Below, piece after piece: positions 1 to 13,400 of a stretch of DNA of 40,030 nucleotides; within the stretch, counting starts at the first letter, position 1; every line of letters starts with the position of its first letter. The position numbers and the translations under genes were made by a program. The stretch is from Intoshia linei (Eukaryota; Animalia; Orthonectida), in assembly GCA_001642005.1 (NCBI GenBank), contig LWCA01000215.1, positions 1-40,030 of the forward strand. Direction: 5' to 3'. The notes beneath the pieces are model-generated. The model was given only the letters and a program-made list of their open reading frames with translations, ran no database searches and had not been told where the DNA came from.

Positions 1-365
1 GCTTTATTTGAGGTTGCCAAATTCGACCAAAGCAAGACACTTAGTGAAGATATAAATTTTCTCGAGAAGCAAAAAATAGGAACAGGTTATATGGCCAGAG
101 AACAAAATGATAATCCACATATAAAAGAAATATTGGGTACCAGTTAAAGTGAAAAAAACTATTATATTAAAAAGAAAAATTGTCGTATGGCCCGTCAATG
201 GATCTTATGGTAGTCCATCATTTAATTATGATATGTCAACTGAAGAAAATATATTTGAAGAGAAAGATGATTCTAAAATTAATATGTTACGCGTATGTGA
301 CTCTAAATTAATTTCAACACGAGGGGCAGCTATATTAATGGTAAATTATTAACACTAATGTAAAT

Positions 366-651
366 CAGGGTTCGGCAATTTTTTTCATCTCGTAGACACT
401 TTTATCAAACTTTACACATGATATATTTTATTATAATACAAACAAATAGATTTTTGGCGTAGGTAATATCAAATCATGATTAATTTTGATAAATTTATTA
501 TTCACGTTAATTAATGTAACAATGCATTCTAATTAAAATTTTAATCCCATTTTTTATGACGGTTATATATTGATTGATAAAAATTTAAAAATAAATCATT
601 TACTCAAAGGGCCATTAAAATTAATATGTGACCACTGGTTGACGACCCCAA
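366..651. mobile_element. hAT-type MITE
   Basis: Termini CAGGGTTCGGCAA...TTGACGACCCCAA (imperfect TIR); flanks ATGTAAAT / ATATAAAT (7/8 match, 8-bp TSD). Confidence 0.55.
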
Positions 652-1403
652 ATATAAATAATGTATATATTAAATACATGCATTATTATTAAAGTATATA
701 TTAATTTAGGGTACATCTCATGAAACCAATAGAAGGAACAGAATGTTAATGAAATTATTCTTTTAAATGGTCATAGCTGCTAAATTATATGCAATTCATA
801 TATGCATTGAATAAAATTTAAATATAATTATCGAAAAATGTTTAATTCAGAATTTTATTATGAAAAAAAATTTCCCGAATATATTGTGAAAAATTAATTT
901 AACTATTGCTTCTGAAAAATAAGTTAAAAGTTATTTTAACAAAAAATATCTAATAAATTTTGGTATATTATGGAATCTCTGTATTGACCATATTCATTGC
1001 AAACATGATTAACAAGAATGTGAATGTCTTGTATTTGAATGAATTTATTATATTATAAATAACTAGAATTCGAGAAATTAAATCGTTAATAAAATCCAAA
1101 AAAATTGAGCTAGAAACAAATTTAAAAAAATAAACTGTATAACTAAACATGGAGAACAGTATTATAAAGGCGGTACCACGTTTAAAAGCTCAAACGCCGA
1201 TTTCCGTTAAAATAAAGTGCAGTTTTAATGTCTTCATAATATTTAAAATGACAAACGCAACTCGAATAGATAGCGTTAAATATTTTTGATTGCGAATTAG
1301 TTTTTCTATTTTAAAAGTACACACTTTTAGTGCTAATTGCCCTTGATTCTTTGATGGGTGTTACACCCTAGTGTATACAATTAGTAGTAATTATTAATTT
1401 TAG

Positions 1404-4400
1404 GTGGCTTCCAGAAATACAAAATATATTTTATCAAGGAAACAAACGTAAAATTGTCCCAAATAATCAAGATAGCACAAGATTAATTAAATTTTACGAT
1501 TGCGCTGCGGCCTTAATGGTCGACCATGTTCAAAGTTTATTGTTGAATTCAATGAAAGATTACACAAATATGATAGTTAGTCCATCGGTAATCTAATTTA
1601 ATAGATATGTATTAATCGAGGGTAAATTAATTATTATTGATTCTAAAGTGTTCAGTTTAACTGTATTAATAATAACAGAGGTCATCAAACTGAGATCAAC
1701 GAGACAGGCATTTGTTTAACAATTTGAGTGTTTTTGTTTCTAAATTTGAATTTATAACATAATTTACATTTTATTGTGTAGTGGCTTATATTTATTATTT
1801 ATTAATATTATCATAATATTTATCATAAAATAAAAAATGTTTACTCAAAACATATTGAAACTAATAATAATAATTGATAAAATGAAATAGTAATCCTTTA
1901 GTTATGTTATTATTATTATTAAAATTGAATGTCTGTTTGCTAATTTGTGGTTAGATAGCAACCATTGTCATTTTCAAAAAGTGCATTTTTTAGGGATTGC
2001 GATTTATGATAATGATTATGATTTTCAAAACTATCCCAGAATTTATATTTAATAAAATTTGGCGACTTTGTTACTATTTAAAAAAAGGATAATTTGAGTT
2101 TTTACTATTGTAATAATTAAATGAAATAAAGTTTTAAGATTATTAAATTTAATCTGAAAACTATTTACGATAATATATATAACAATACAAAATGAATTAC
2201 ACTTCATTACAACTATGAAGATGTAAGTTTCTGATGCTGAAATTTACGAAATATTAATGACTTTCAAACGCGTTTCACAATATATTTTTTTTGAAATTTT
2301 GGAGCTGATTTTATTTTTTAAATAATAAAATTGGATTTATGACTCTTCAGAACTTAATTTCGGAAAATAAAATTTACGATACTGCATCACTCTTGAAAAA
2401 TTGTATTAGCAAGTGGGTTTTTAAATAAACGGTAACAGAGACACATTAAATTTAAAATAAACATTTAAACAATAAACAACAGGTTTTTTTCAATGTCATC
2501 GTAAGGGTTCACAGTGAAAAAGGGTTGACAAAGGCTGGTTTAGACCATGAAGATGTAAGTTTCTGAGGCTGGGATTCAAGAGAATGTTAAATATTTTAAA
2601 AATCGTCCAGTATAAAGTTTTTTTTGAAATGCTAGAGTGATTTTATTTTTAAAAAAATGATACCATCCGGTTAAAATTTTCCAACTGAGAAAAATCCATT
2701 TTTATAGTACATTTTATAATATAAGTTATGTTATTAAAAAATAATTTTTTTTTTGGAAACTTTGAAATGAACCCAAAAGTAATTTTTATGGACAAATAAG
2801 AGAAAATGTTTGTCGAAATCAATAAAAATATTTACATCTTCCACTATGACTAAAAACTGGCTTTCCAGTGAATTTTAACTTAAATTAATGGTATTTATTC
2901 ATGTTGATTATTTATTTTATCTTATTTACATGTTAATATTTTTATTTTAGAATAATCTTAACATTTACCAGCATCCTGGATTTATAATACAATTAATATT
3001 GAAAAATGGAAAATTAATTTTTGAACCTACTTTTGAAGAATTTAAAACTATCCTGAAAAATCTTTTTGAAACAATGATTCATTCTCTGGATGGAATTCCA
3101 AGAATTGAAACAAAATTATATTCAGAATGGGTACTTTTAAATTTTTAAATAATCAGCTGGTCTGTTTTGTTCAATGTAAAAAATTGTACCAAGCTTTGTT
3201 GGTTGGTTTACTAATTTACTATAGCTCTATATCAGGGATTATCAACGGTGGCGAATCGTCCCCTTGGGGTGATTTTTCTATTTTATTTGATAAAATAAAT
3301 AATCTAAAAATTATAGTGGTCAAAATCTTAACATTAATAGAATTTTCTAATAGTTAATTTATTTATTAATCTATATTTAAGAGTACACAGTAAAATGCAT
3401 TAAAGTAACATTTTTATATTGTTAATTATAATTATTAGCAATATATAAAATTATGCAATGTAATTATGTATTACTAGTTTGACTTCTATGTACTACGTAC
3501 AAACAGTACCTAACTCTGCCGAGGGAACATTTTTATTCTGCCAAAAAAATAAATTCATGTTGAAAATCTAACTTAAAAATCCTACTAATCACTATTATCA
3601 ATCTTTTAGAGGAGTGTTTCCCAAACTTGTTTGATAATAATTCAATTAATATTGATTTAATTTATTACAACAAAGGTGTATCACTTTTAGTAATTCGTTG
3701 TTTTAGTTTTAATTTAAATTTTAAACAAAATGTTTTGAAAATAAGAATTTGAGATTGAAAAATTACGAAGGAATGAATTATATAGACTTTTACATATATT
3801 TCTTTATTGGAAATGTGTAGACGTTCAATGCCCATTCTTTTTTAAATTGTAGGATCAATATTTACATTTTCTATTTTTATTTTAATTAAAATATTTGAAA
3901 AAAATTGGGTTATGATATATTAAAAATTATTTTTTATCGGGAATGCGTAAATTTCTGGGGTTGAAATTTTGTATATATATCAACTGGATTAAGCTTTATC
4001 CGAATCATGTTTTTTTTAAATTTTCTGACCGTTAATTATTGCATATTTTTTGTTTTAATAAAATATTTCTGAAAAAAATATATGAATACTAAAATGCTAA
4101 TTTGACCGTGAAGGCGTCACTTATTTAGATTGAAATTTTTTGTGTATGTTAAAAGGATACAACTGTACCACCTGTTATTTTGTTAAATTCTAGGTCTTTT
4201 TTAATATAAAAAAAAATAATTTGTGGTTTTGGCCCTGAAAATAAATTTTTTTATTTTAAATTTATGATTTTAAAATCCGTATCAGAGTATATATTTTTTT
4301 AAATTCTCGAATTCGTTTAAGTTTCAAAAAAAAGGATAATTTGGATTTTTGACCCGTGAGATGTGAGTTTAGTAGGTTGAAATTGATTTTGCTAAGCCTC

Positions 4401-7400
4401 GGAAAAAACTGTAATTGAAATATGGACTTTATAAAATTCTAAGACTGATAGTTATTGAAATAAACGGTAACATCCACACACACAAACAAATATTGCAAAG
4501 CATATTATATAATTAAGGATTTATAAGTCTATCGCTTCTCCATTCCACCTTAACATTAAGTCTCAACATTGGCGAATTAGAGAGATAATACTTTATATTG
4601 ATGTATTAATTGGTAAATTTATAAATTATAGGATAACTCATCAACTGAATTAAAACCGATAATATTGGACTCTGTAATAAATCATAATTTGGAAGCAATT
4701 GAAAATTTAATAGAAGTAGACTCAAAATCGCCAATAAGATACATATTAAAATTTGATAAATACAACTTTTTGATAGAGAAAGAAATTGAAAATGAAATAA
4801 ACATGCTATTATCAGAAAATAGAGATTTTTTTGAATACAGTAGAGAATATAATAAATACGAAAGACTTTCTAATGAAATAAAATATAATACCGAAAAAAG
4901 CGTTAGATTGGGAACATTTGAAGTAATTTATGTCAATTATGTAAAAATTATTATATACCATTGTATGTATTTGCATCTTTTTTAAGAGATGTGCCGAACC
5001 CTGCCATTTTAATTTGAGCTTAGGTTGAACTAAAGAAAAAGTTATCCACCATCCGCTTAAAATGTCATTGTGGACACACGTTTCGTGTTTAAAAAATGGT
5101 TTTTACTAACAAAATTTTTTCCCTGGCTAGATAGCAGACATTTATATTTTTCGTCGCGTCATGGGTTGCATGAGTGTATCAAAACTATTTAAATGTCCAA
5201 ATTCCACAATTCGAACTTTATCAATGTATTTATTGCTATACCCAATGTACTTAATCCATATTATCAAAATATTAAAATAATATTTTTAATAGATTAGCTG
5301 TGATTTATTTATCAAAGCACTTACAAAAAGAGCGGAATATTTGTCTGACGTAATTTTGAATAAAATGATTCATGATCACCAAAAAGCTAATATAGAGTTT
5401 GCTTTTTATAAACATGATAATCCATATAAATACTTTCACATCATATATAATTTAATAATTAATTATTTTAGTCTAGCTCAAGAGTACGAAAAGATTGCTG
5501 AGAAGGCATTGACTACACCGGCCAATACTGAAGAATTGGTACAATTGCAAAAATATATTTCAGTAGCAAAATATCAAAGTATTGTTAAATTGGAACAAAA
5601 ACTTGCCAATTCAAAGGATCGCCTTTTATTTTTAATTGATAATTCTACATTTTCACCAGCAGATATGCAAAATAATTCAAACGTATTTTTGTGGAATGAA
5701 AGAATTAAATCAATTTTTGATGAACATGACATTATTATTAAAGACAAAAAAGTACAATTTCAGGACGCTTTAAAGGTAGTCTCATGTACTTTTTATATAT
5801 GGAAATTTTAACTCTATATTTAACATTAGATTTTAATTTGAGCAATTATACATCATTTTTATTTTTACTTACCACTAATAATAATCTCATGTTTAAGTTA
5901 AAATCAAATTTAATTTCCCTAATAGGAATTATTATTCCTTACGAATAAATCATATTTATAATCATAATTAATAATATTTTATGTTATGTTATGATCAATT
6001 TTAGTTAAAACAAGACCGATTTGCGGAAGATTTGGAAGTATACTCAAAGCAAGTGGATGAATTAAAAAATTTTGGCGATATTAATGATGTTGATAGATAT
6101 CTGAAAAAATCCGAAATTTTGTCTGCTAAATTTACTGCAGCAAGTGAAAAGGTTTCATTGTTTTTGATTTTACCATTACTTTTTTATAGTTTATTCATAA
6201 TTATATTATAAACTAGATAGAATGTTATGTAATTCCTACAAACAGCAGCTATTTCTGCCGAGGGCCGATTTTTAATTTTAATATCGATAAGATAGAAAAT
6301 AAGTGTATAATCTTAAAAACAATCCAATTATAATTAAAACCTTAAACCATCGTTATGAAAAACATGCATTCCAGAAAAATGAAATTTTAAATACCCGCAG
6401 AACATACTTTTTTCTTCAATCATGCATTTCGGGTCAACATGTAATAATGGGTATGAATCAAAAAAAGGCTAGTTTAGGGCTTTGACCATGAAGATAATCG
6501 TTTCTTATACTGATTTAATTTTTAATTAAGGATAAGTTTAATTTTATATCCCGAAGGACTCGATTTCAAAAATTAAATTTATGATAAAACATCAGTCTCG
6601 AAAAACTATATTTGAAATTAGTTTTTTAAATTCTAGGACTGTTAATTATTTTAATAAACGGTAACACACAGATATGCAATTTTATAAAAGTTAAGGATTT
6701 GTCTAGATTGAACAATTTAATCGAGAAGAAGAGGCGTATGATTGGAAAATCACTCAGTATCCACAACTTAAAAAGACTAAAGACAGATTAGCTCCTTATT
6801 TGCAACTATATGAGCAGACTGTCAAGTTCAATACACAATATCTGTAATTTTTAATAATTTAAATAATTCTGTAATTTTTCGATTTTTTTAATTTTAAAAT
6901 ACAATTATACAAGACAAATTATTTAATTAACAATTTTTTTAAAGTTTTAAAATTCTGAGAATGCTTTATTCCAACCAGTACTGTATTCTACTTTTGTAGA
7001 ACCGACTAATAAGCAGCTTTGAATTTACTTAATTTTTTATAATCATTAATAGATTATTATCAAGATAATTTTTAATTTATTTGTCAACCTATTATCTATT
7101 CTATAATACGCCAATAATTTTGTATATATTTAATTTTATTGAGGGCGATTTAGAATAAATATACATGAATCGTATATTTATACGATTATTGAAAAAGGTT
7201 GAGAACAGCTGTTCATTATTAATGTTACCCATTTAATTATAATAGATTGTGATCGTTTTTGGCCGCCGTCTGCAGCTACGCTTATCGTAACATTTAGTGA
7301 ATTTTTAAATTTATTTTATCAAAATGTACCTTATTGATCATCGTTAATTTCACGTGTTAAACCATTGCCACTATCGGAGAACAATAATCAAAAAATAAAT

Positions 7401-7786
7401 CAAAGTAATTTGACTGATATGGCCAATTACCATGATCATTGGTCATATAACGTTTTTAATGGTGTTAACTCTAGTTAATTGATTAACTAGACAAAATGTA
7501 CGCCAAATGTATTCATTATTCATAAAAAAAATTATTCCCTCTCTACTTCACACATGTTGTAACTTTTATGATTTTGGCATTGTTGGCGAATTGTAGCAAG
7601 AATAATGAATTTAAAATTTATATAATTGTATTATTAATGTCAAAATTTAGAGCATGGATGACGGGTCCAATGGAGTCTATTGACCCAGATGAAGTAGAAA
7701 AAGATGTTATGAATTATAATAGAATCTTGTACAAACTAGAAAAAACATTTAAGGATTCTCCCAGTACACGAAAAATAGCCACAAAG
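1404..7786 (+). CDS. DNAH7: Axonemal inner-arm dynein heavy chain, DNAH7-like (internal N-terminal tail portion; partial at both ends)
   Basis: Phase-consistent GT-AG exons 1404-1587, 2951-3130, 4632-4922, 5293-5396, 5472-5775, 6005-6151, 6707-6843, 7651-7786. They give WLPEIQNIFYQGNKRK, HPGFIIQLIL..PRIETKLYSEW, LKPIIL, EKIAEKALTTPANTEEL, FSPADM, IEQFNREEEAYDW and LYKLEKTFKDSP, colinear with recalled DNAH7 sequence. Confidence 0.93.
3474..4519 (-). mobile_element. Non-autonomous Helitron (family copy 1)
   Basis: Minus strand reads A|TCCTTAA...(TG)n...hairpin...CTAG|T. Homologous to 6213-6697, 10793-12114 and 30368-33751. Lies in a dynein intron. Confidence 0.8.
6213..6697 (-). mobile_element. 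Non-autonomous Helitron, internally deleted (copy 2)
   Basis: Same ends (+ strand ACTAG...CTGCCGAGGG at left, ...TTAAGGAT at right), only about 485 bp. Confidence 0.75.
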
Positions 7787-8114
7787 GTGAATTATATATT
7801 AGTTATTAGGTAAAGTCAAAATATCATTTAATTTTAGCTACTTTTGATTACTCACAAATTAATTATTTATTTTGGCTTTAATTCCTCTTGAGTTGTTAAT
7901 GGCTTCTTTTTCTTGTCATTCAAGACCAGACCTTATTTGGTGTCTTGACTATATTTTGGTAGAATGGCAGAACGCATCATTTGCAAACAAATATTTGGCC
8001 AATTTTTTACTTTCGGTGACCTTGAGCTTGGTAGGTTCGTCTCTCTTTATGACCTTTAATTTTTGAAAAAATTTATATTTTTCTATAATTTTACCATTTG
8101 GATTTTATTTTAAA

Positions 8115-8340
8115 CAAGGTTGACTGTTATGTACTTGATACAAACAGTACCTAGTTCTGCCGAGGGCGGACTTTTTTAATTCTACCCGAAAATTAATTCA
8201 ATTTATAAAATCTTACCTAAAAATGCTTTTACATTACATTTTAATGTGAATTATTCCCACTTAATTTTATTTTATGAACATTTGTTTAAAGAATTTTAAA
8301 AACAACTTTTTCATCCCATTTTTTTAATTTATTAACAACT
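8115..8340 (-). mobile_element. Helitron 3'-end fragment
   Basis: GGTTGACTGTTATGTAC...CAAACAGTACCTAGTTCTGCCGAGGG matches the family 3' hairpin end (CTAG mutated). Homology is lost at about 8340. Confidence 0.7.
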
Positions 8341-8419
8341 TACACTAGACTACACAAAAAAATGTGTCAATAAAATTTATACATTAAAAGAATGAGAATT
8401 TAAATCTCATTATGATGAT

Positions 8420-10085
8420 ATGAAATGAAATGAAAAAATTAATAATTTACTAAAAACTTTTTTTAAATCCTATCAAAAAATGGGCTGCCTCTATAGTTCC
8501 AAAATGCACCTCATAGAAAGTTATTGTGATAGATTGCCTATAAATTGCATAACCGTAAGTGACGAACACGGTAAACGTTTTTATTAAACTATAAAAATTT
8601 TTGAAAAGCGGTTTCATGGATTAAATCATTAAAGAATGCTTGGCGATTATTTGTGGACAATTAAAAATATTAATTAGCTTATTTATGTTGTATTTATGTA
8701 TTTATTTTGAAAATTACATCGACTTCTATTTAAAAATTTGACAGAGCTGCATATAACCATGTACATCATTCGATGCGCTCAATTGTGGTCTATGTATTGT
8801 ATACATTACATATATGATGCAAGAAACTGACATTAATATTGAGGGTTAATTAGTCTAAAATATTAATTTTTAGTTATTTATTATATTATTTTTCTATCGA
8901 ATTATCATACATATATACTAAATATAAATATTCCAAATATTTATTAACCATTTTTTGATTCATAAAGAGGGATTTTTTCCNGTTATATTTGTGGAATATA
9001 TGTGTTTAAATCGTCTAGAATGCATAATACAACTAATAAATTGATGCAAGAGAAATACAAACTTATCTACAACCGTAGTATTAGTTTTAATATTTGGAGC
9101 CCCACAAAAATGAAATGAAAAAATTAATAATTTACTAAAAACTTTTTTTAAATCCTATCAAAAAATGGGATGCCTCTATAGTCCCAAAATGCACCTTATA
9201 GAAAGTCATAGTGATATATTACCTATAAATTGCATAACCGTAAATGACGAACACGGTGAACGTTTTCATCAAACTATAAAAATTTTTGAAAAGCGGTTTC
9301 ATGGATTGAATCACCAAAGAAGGCTTGGCAAATATTTTTGGACAATTAAAAATATTAATTAGCTTATTTTTTTGTATATATGTTGTATTTATTTTGAAAC
9401 TTACATCGACTTCTATTCAAAAATTCTACAAAGCTGCATATAACCATGTACATCATTCGATGCGCTCAATTGTGGTCTATGTATTGTATACATTACATAT
9501 ATGACGCAAGAAACTGACATTAATATTAAGGGTTAAATAGTNAAATATTAATTAGCTTATTTATGTTGTATTTATGTATTTATTTTGAAAATTACATCGA
9601 CTTCTATTTAAAAATTTGACAGAGCTGCATATAACCATGTACATCATTCGATGCGCTCAATTGTGGTCTATGTATTGTATACATTACATATATGACGCAA
9701 GAAACTGAAATTAATATTGAGGGTTAATTAGTCCAAAATATTAATTTTTAGTTATTTATTATATTATTTTGCTATCGAAGATTCATAAAAAGGGATTTTT
9801 CCCAAATCTATAGAAAAACAGCAAATCCAATATAAATATTATTTATTTTATTAGGTTTAATTNAAGAAACTGACATTAATATTAAGGGTTAAATAGTCCA
9901 AAATATTAATTTTTAGTTATTTATTATATTATTTTGCTATCGAATTATCATACATATATACTAAATATAAATATTCCAAATATTTATTAACCATTTTTTG
10001 ATCCATAAAGAGGAATTTTTCCCAAATATATGGAAAAACCACAAATCCAATATGAATATTATTTATTTTATTAGGTTTAATTTAA
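8420..10085 (+). mobile_element. Tandem/overlapping copies of a DNA-transposon remnant with Chapaev(CMC)-like transposase C-terminus
   Basis: ORF 9165-9362 (GCLYSPKMHLIESH..DEHGERFHQTIKIFEKRFHG..YFW) resembles the GCNMSLKIHFLHSH..SDEHGERFHQDI..RYQG..DYCW motif. A stop-containing copy lies at about 8480-8675. The 3' segments repeat 3-4 times, separated by single Ns at 8981, 9542 and 9863. Confidence 0.65.
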
Positions 10086-10447
10086 ATTTATATTGCCAAT
10101 AATTAATTAATGCGACGTATCTGAAGTACAAAAATCATGTAAAAATATTTTTTTCATTGTGGTCTACAAGACAGTATAAAAATATTTTTGACGCAAGAAA
10201 AAAAATAAATTAAGCAAAGCGTGCAGAGGACTTTATTTTTTTTAAATTTTTAAATTTTTAAATGATTTATTTTATTCATGTATCTTACGTATTCGAAATA
10301 TCAATATATCGAATTCTAAGAGTAAACATGACATTCTAATAATTTGGTCTTCAATGTTATGATCTAACGTACCTTAAACAATATACATTGTACAATGTAT
10401 TTTATATACATTATTTACCTGTTAAGTATTTCACAATTATATTTTAG

Positions 10448-13400
10448 ATATAATGAAACTGAAAAGTATGAAGCAAACTTTTATCCCATTACCAACTCTA
10501 TTCACATACACGGTAAAACTGATAGTATTACAGTTTTGGTAGATAGACCTGTAGGAGGAACAAGTCCTCACAAAGGTCAAATTGATTTACTGGTAACAAA
10601 AATTTCTTTAAAATAATTTAACATTAAAACGGATTAATATAAAATAATTTATTTCTATAATTACATATTTTATTGTAAATTAATACAATTTTATAGATAC
10701 ATCGATCGTTAGCAAGTCATGATCAATTAGGAATTCCTGAAAAATTGGTTGATAATTCTAAAATACATAGTAAAGTCATTTTATTAGAATAACTAGGTTG
10801 AATGTTATGTACTTTGTACAAACAATAATAGCTCTGCCGAGGGTGCACTTTTTTAATTCTACCAATAAAATAAATTAAATAATAAAAACTAACTTAAAAA
10901 TGCTACTATTCACTATTATCAATCCTCTAAAAGAGTAATTCTCAAACTTTTTTCACCATGGACCGGTATTTTAGATTACCTTTTAATTTGAGTGAATTAT
11001 TCCCAGTTAATTTTATTTTGTTAACATTTGTGTAAAGATTTTTAAAAACAATTTTATGATCCCATTTTTTGAATTTATTAGGAAAAATAAGTTTATAATC
11101 TTAAAAATAAAGTAAAAATAGTAAATCCTAAAAATTTTCATAAATAGCATAAATTCCAGAAAAAATAAAATTGTAAATACCGGTATTTTATTTTTTAATT
11201 TCATAATTTATATTCAATATCTGCTTTCACTTAGTAAAAAATATTTTGTATGAATAATTAACGAACTCTGCTCTTTAAAAATATATTTAGGGTGAATTTT
11301 AGTAAAATTTTACAACATACAAATACATACAAAATGATAATAACAAAGTTATACTTTAAGTGATTCTAAATTTTTCGAAATGATAAATTGCGTAACAATG
11401 ATTAAAAAATCGAAGCAATCAATGTATGAGATTTCCACCCATATTTCTGTATTTAAAATGTGTACACTTTACATGTTCAATGCACAGTTTTTTTGAAATT
11501 GTAGGATGAATATTTACATTTTCAATTTTTATTATAATCGAAATATTTGAAAAATATTGGTTGATAATATATTAAAAACTATTTTTCATGGGGAATGCGT
11601 AGATATCTCGGGTTGAATTTTTATATTAATATCAACTGGAATAAGCTCTATCAGAATAATTTTTTTTTAATTTTCGGACCGTTAATTATTTTACATTTTT
11701 TGTTTTAATAAAATATTTCGGAAAAAAATATATGAATACTAAAATGCTTTTTTAACAGTGAAGGCGTCGCTTATTCAGATTGAAATTTTTTGTGTGTGTT
11801 AACATGATACAACTGTATCACCTGTAAATTTTTTAAATTTAAATTTATGATAATGTTTATGATTTTAAAATCGGTATCAGCGTATAAAATTTTTTAAATT
11901 CTCCAACTCGATTGATTTTCAAAAAGAGAGACAATTGGGGTTTTTGACCCGTAAGATGTGAGTTTGGGAGGTTGAAATTGATCTTATTATACGTCCCGAA
12001 AAAAACTGTAATTGAAATGTAGACTTTATAAAATTCTGAGACTGGTAGTTATTTCAATAAAGTCGAACACACACACACAGACAAAAATAGCGTAGCATAT
12101 TATATCAGTAAGGATTAATTTTTCACCGGAAATAATTAGATTGCTGTGGTTGAAATTTTGCATCTACATTAACTAGAATAAGCTGTATCAGCATAACTTT
12201 TTTTAATTGTAGGACCGTTAATTATTTAAAATTTTTTGTCAATAAAATAGTTTCAAAATAAAAAAAAATTAATACTAAAATGCTTTTTTGACCGTGAAGG
12301 CGTCACTGTCAGATTGAAATTTTTTGTGTGTATTCATTGGATATAACTGTATCAAGTGTACTTTTTTTTAAATCCAGGACTATTTAATTTAATTTTTTAA
12401 AAAAATGGTTATCTGGTGTTTTCATCGTAAAAATGAACTTTTTTCGGTTTGCGATTTACGATAATGTTTATGATAATAAAATATATCCCACAATTTATGT
12501 TGTTTAAAATTCTGGTGATTCTTTTCATTTTTAAAAAAAGGGTAATTTGTGGTTTTAGATGTAGTCATAGTTATATTTGTGGTCATGAAGATGTACAATT
12601 TTGAAATTGACATTTATCATAATATTGATGATTTTAAAATCTTTATCAAACTGTGTATTTTTTATAATTGTAAGACTCGTTTGAATTTAAATAAAAAGAA
12701 TAATTTAGGTTTTTGACACTTCAGGGCTCAATTTCTGAATATCAAATATATGCCATAAAATATCACCCGCGAAAACTGATATAGAAATATAAAATTTTTA
12801 AAATTCGACTCCTTTTACTTTCTTAAATAAATAATTACAAACCAACAACAAAATGAGTAATTTAAAGTTTTGATCGTAAAAATTTGTGTTTTTTAGGTTG
12901 AAAATTATAATACAGAATTTAAAAATTTATAGGTTGAAGCATTGTGTCGAATTTTAGTATTTTAAATGTTAATGTATTATTTTAGCCATCCATTCCATAA
13001 TGTTTGATAAAAGTATAAATGATATACCACTAATGAACCAAAACAAATTAAATGAACCAGTAACTCAATGTATGAACGGTATTCAAAATTTTGATACGTA
13101 TGAAAATTCGACCTCATATACCAATTATTCAATTACCAATGTAATCAAAATGTTATCATATCTAGAGTTTTTGTCTATGAGAAGCCATTTTTTAAAAGTT
13201 TTAATTGTGTACACATTTTGTAAATATTTTTGTTTTAATAATCCTATAAAATTTATAGTATAAATGATTCTATTAAGTAAACCCTTAGATAAATTATCAT
13301 AAGTAGGATTTAATTAAAATGGATTTTTAATTAGGGGTGATAAAATTTAATTATTCACATTAATTTTAAATGCAATAAAACTAATATATACACAAGCTAC

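Noticed and set aside
1-352. Possible gene (ALFEVAKF..EDINFLEKQKIGTGYMA; ORF 149-352)
   Set aside because: Interrupted by a stop and not dynein-like. It vaguely resembles decayed transposase, but too weakly to call.
7787-7809. 23-bp intron in dynein
   Set aside because: Not annotated: it is below the observed 34-bp minimum and only 4 matching codons (VKSK) follow.
7990-8053. RRTYQAQGHR resembling ribosomal protein uL22 RRTYRAHGR
   Set aside because: The match is short, is followed by a stop, and has no flanking similarity.
8420-10085. Repeat array as a CRISPR or satellite system
   Set aside because: Units are hundreds of bp with no repeat-spacer structure, the context is eukaryotic, and the joins coincide with Ns.
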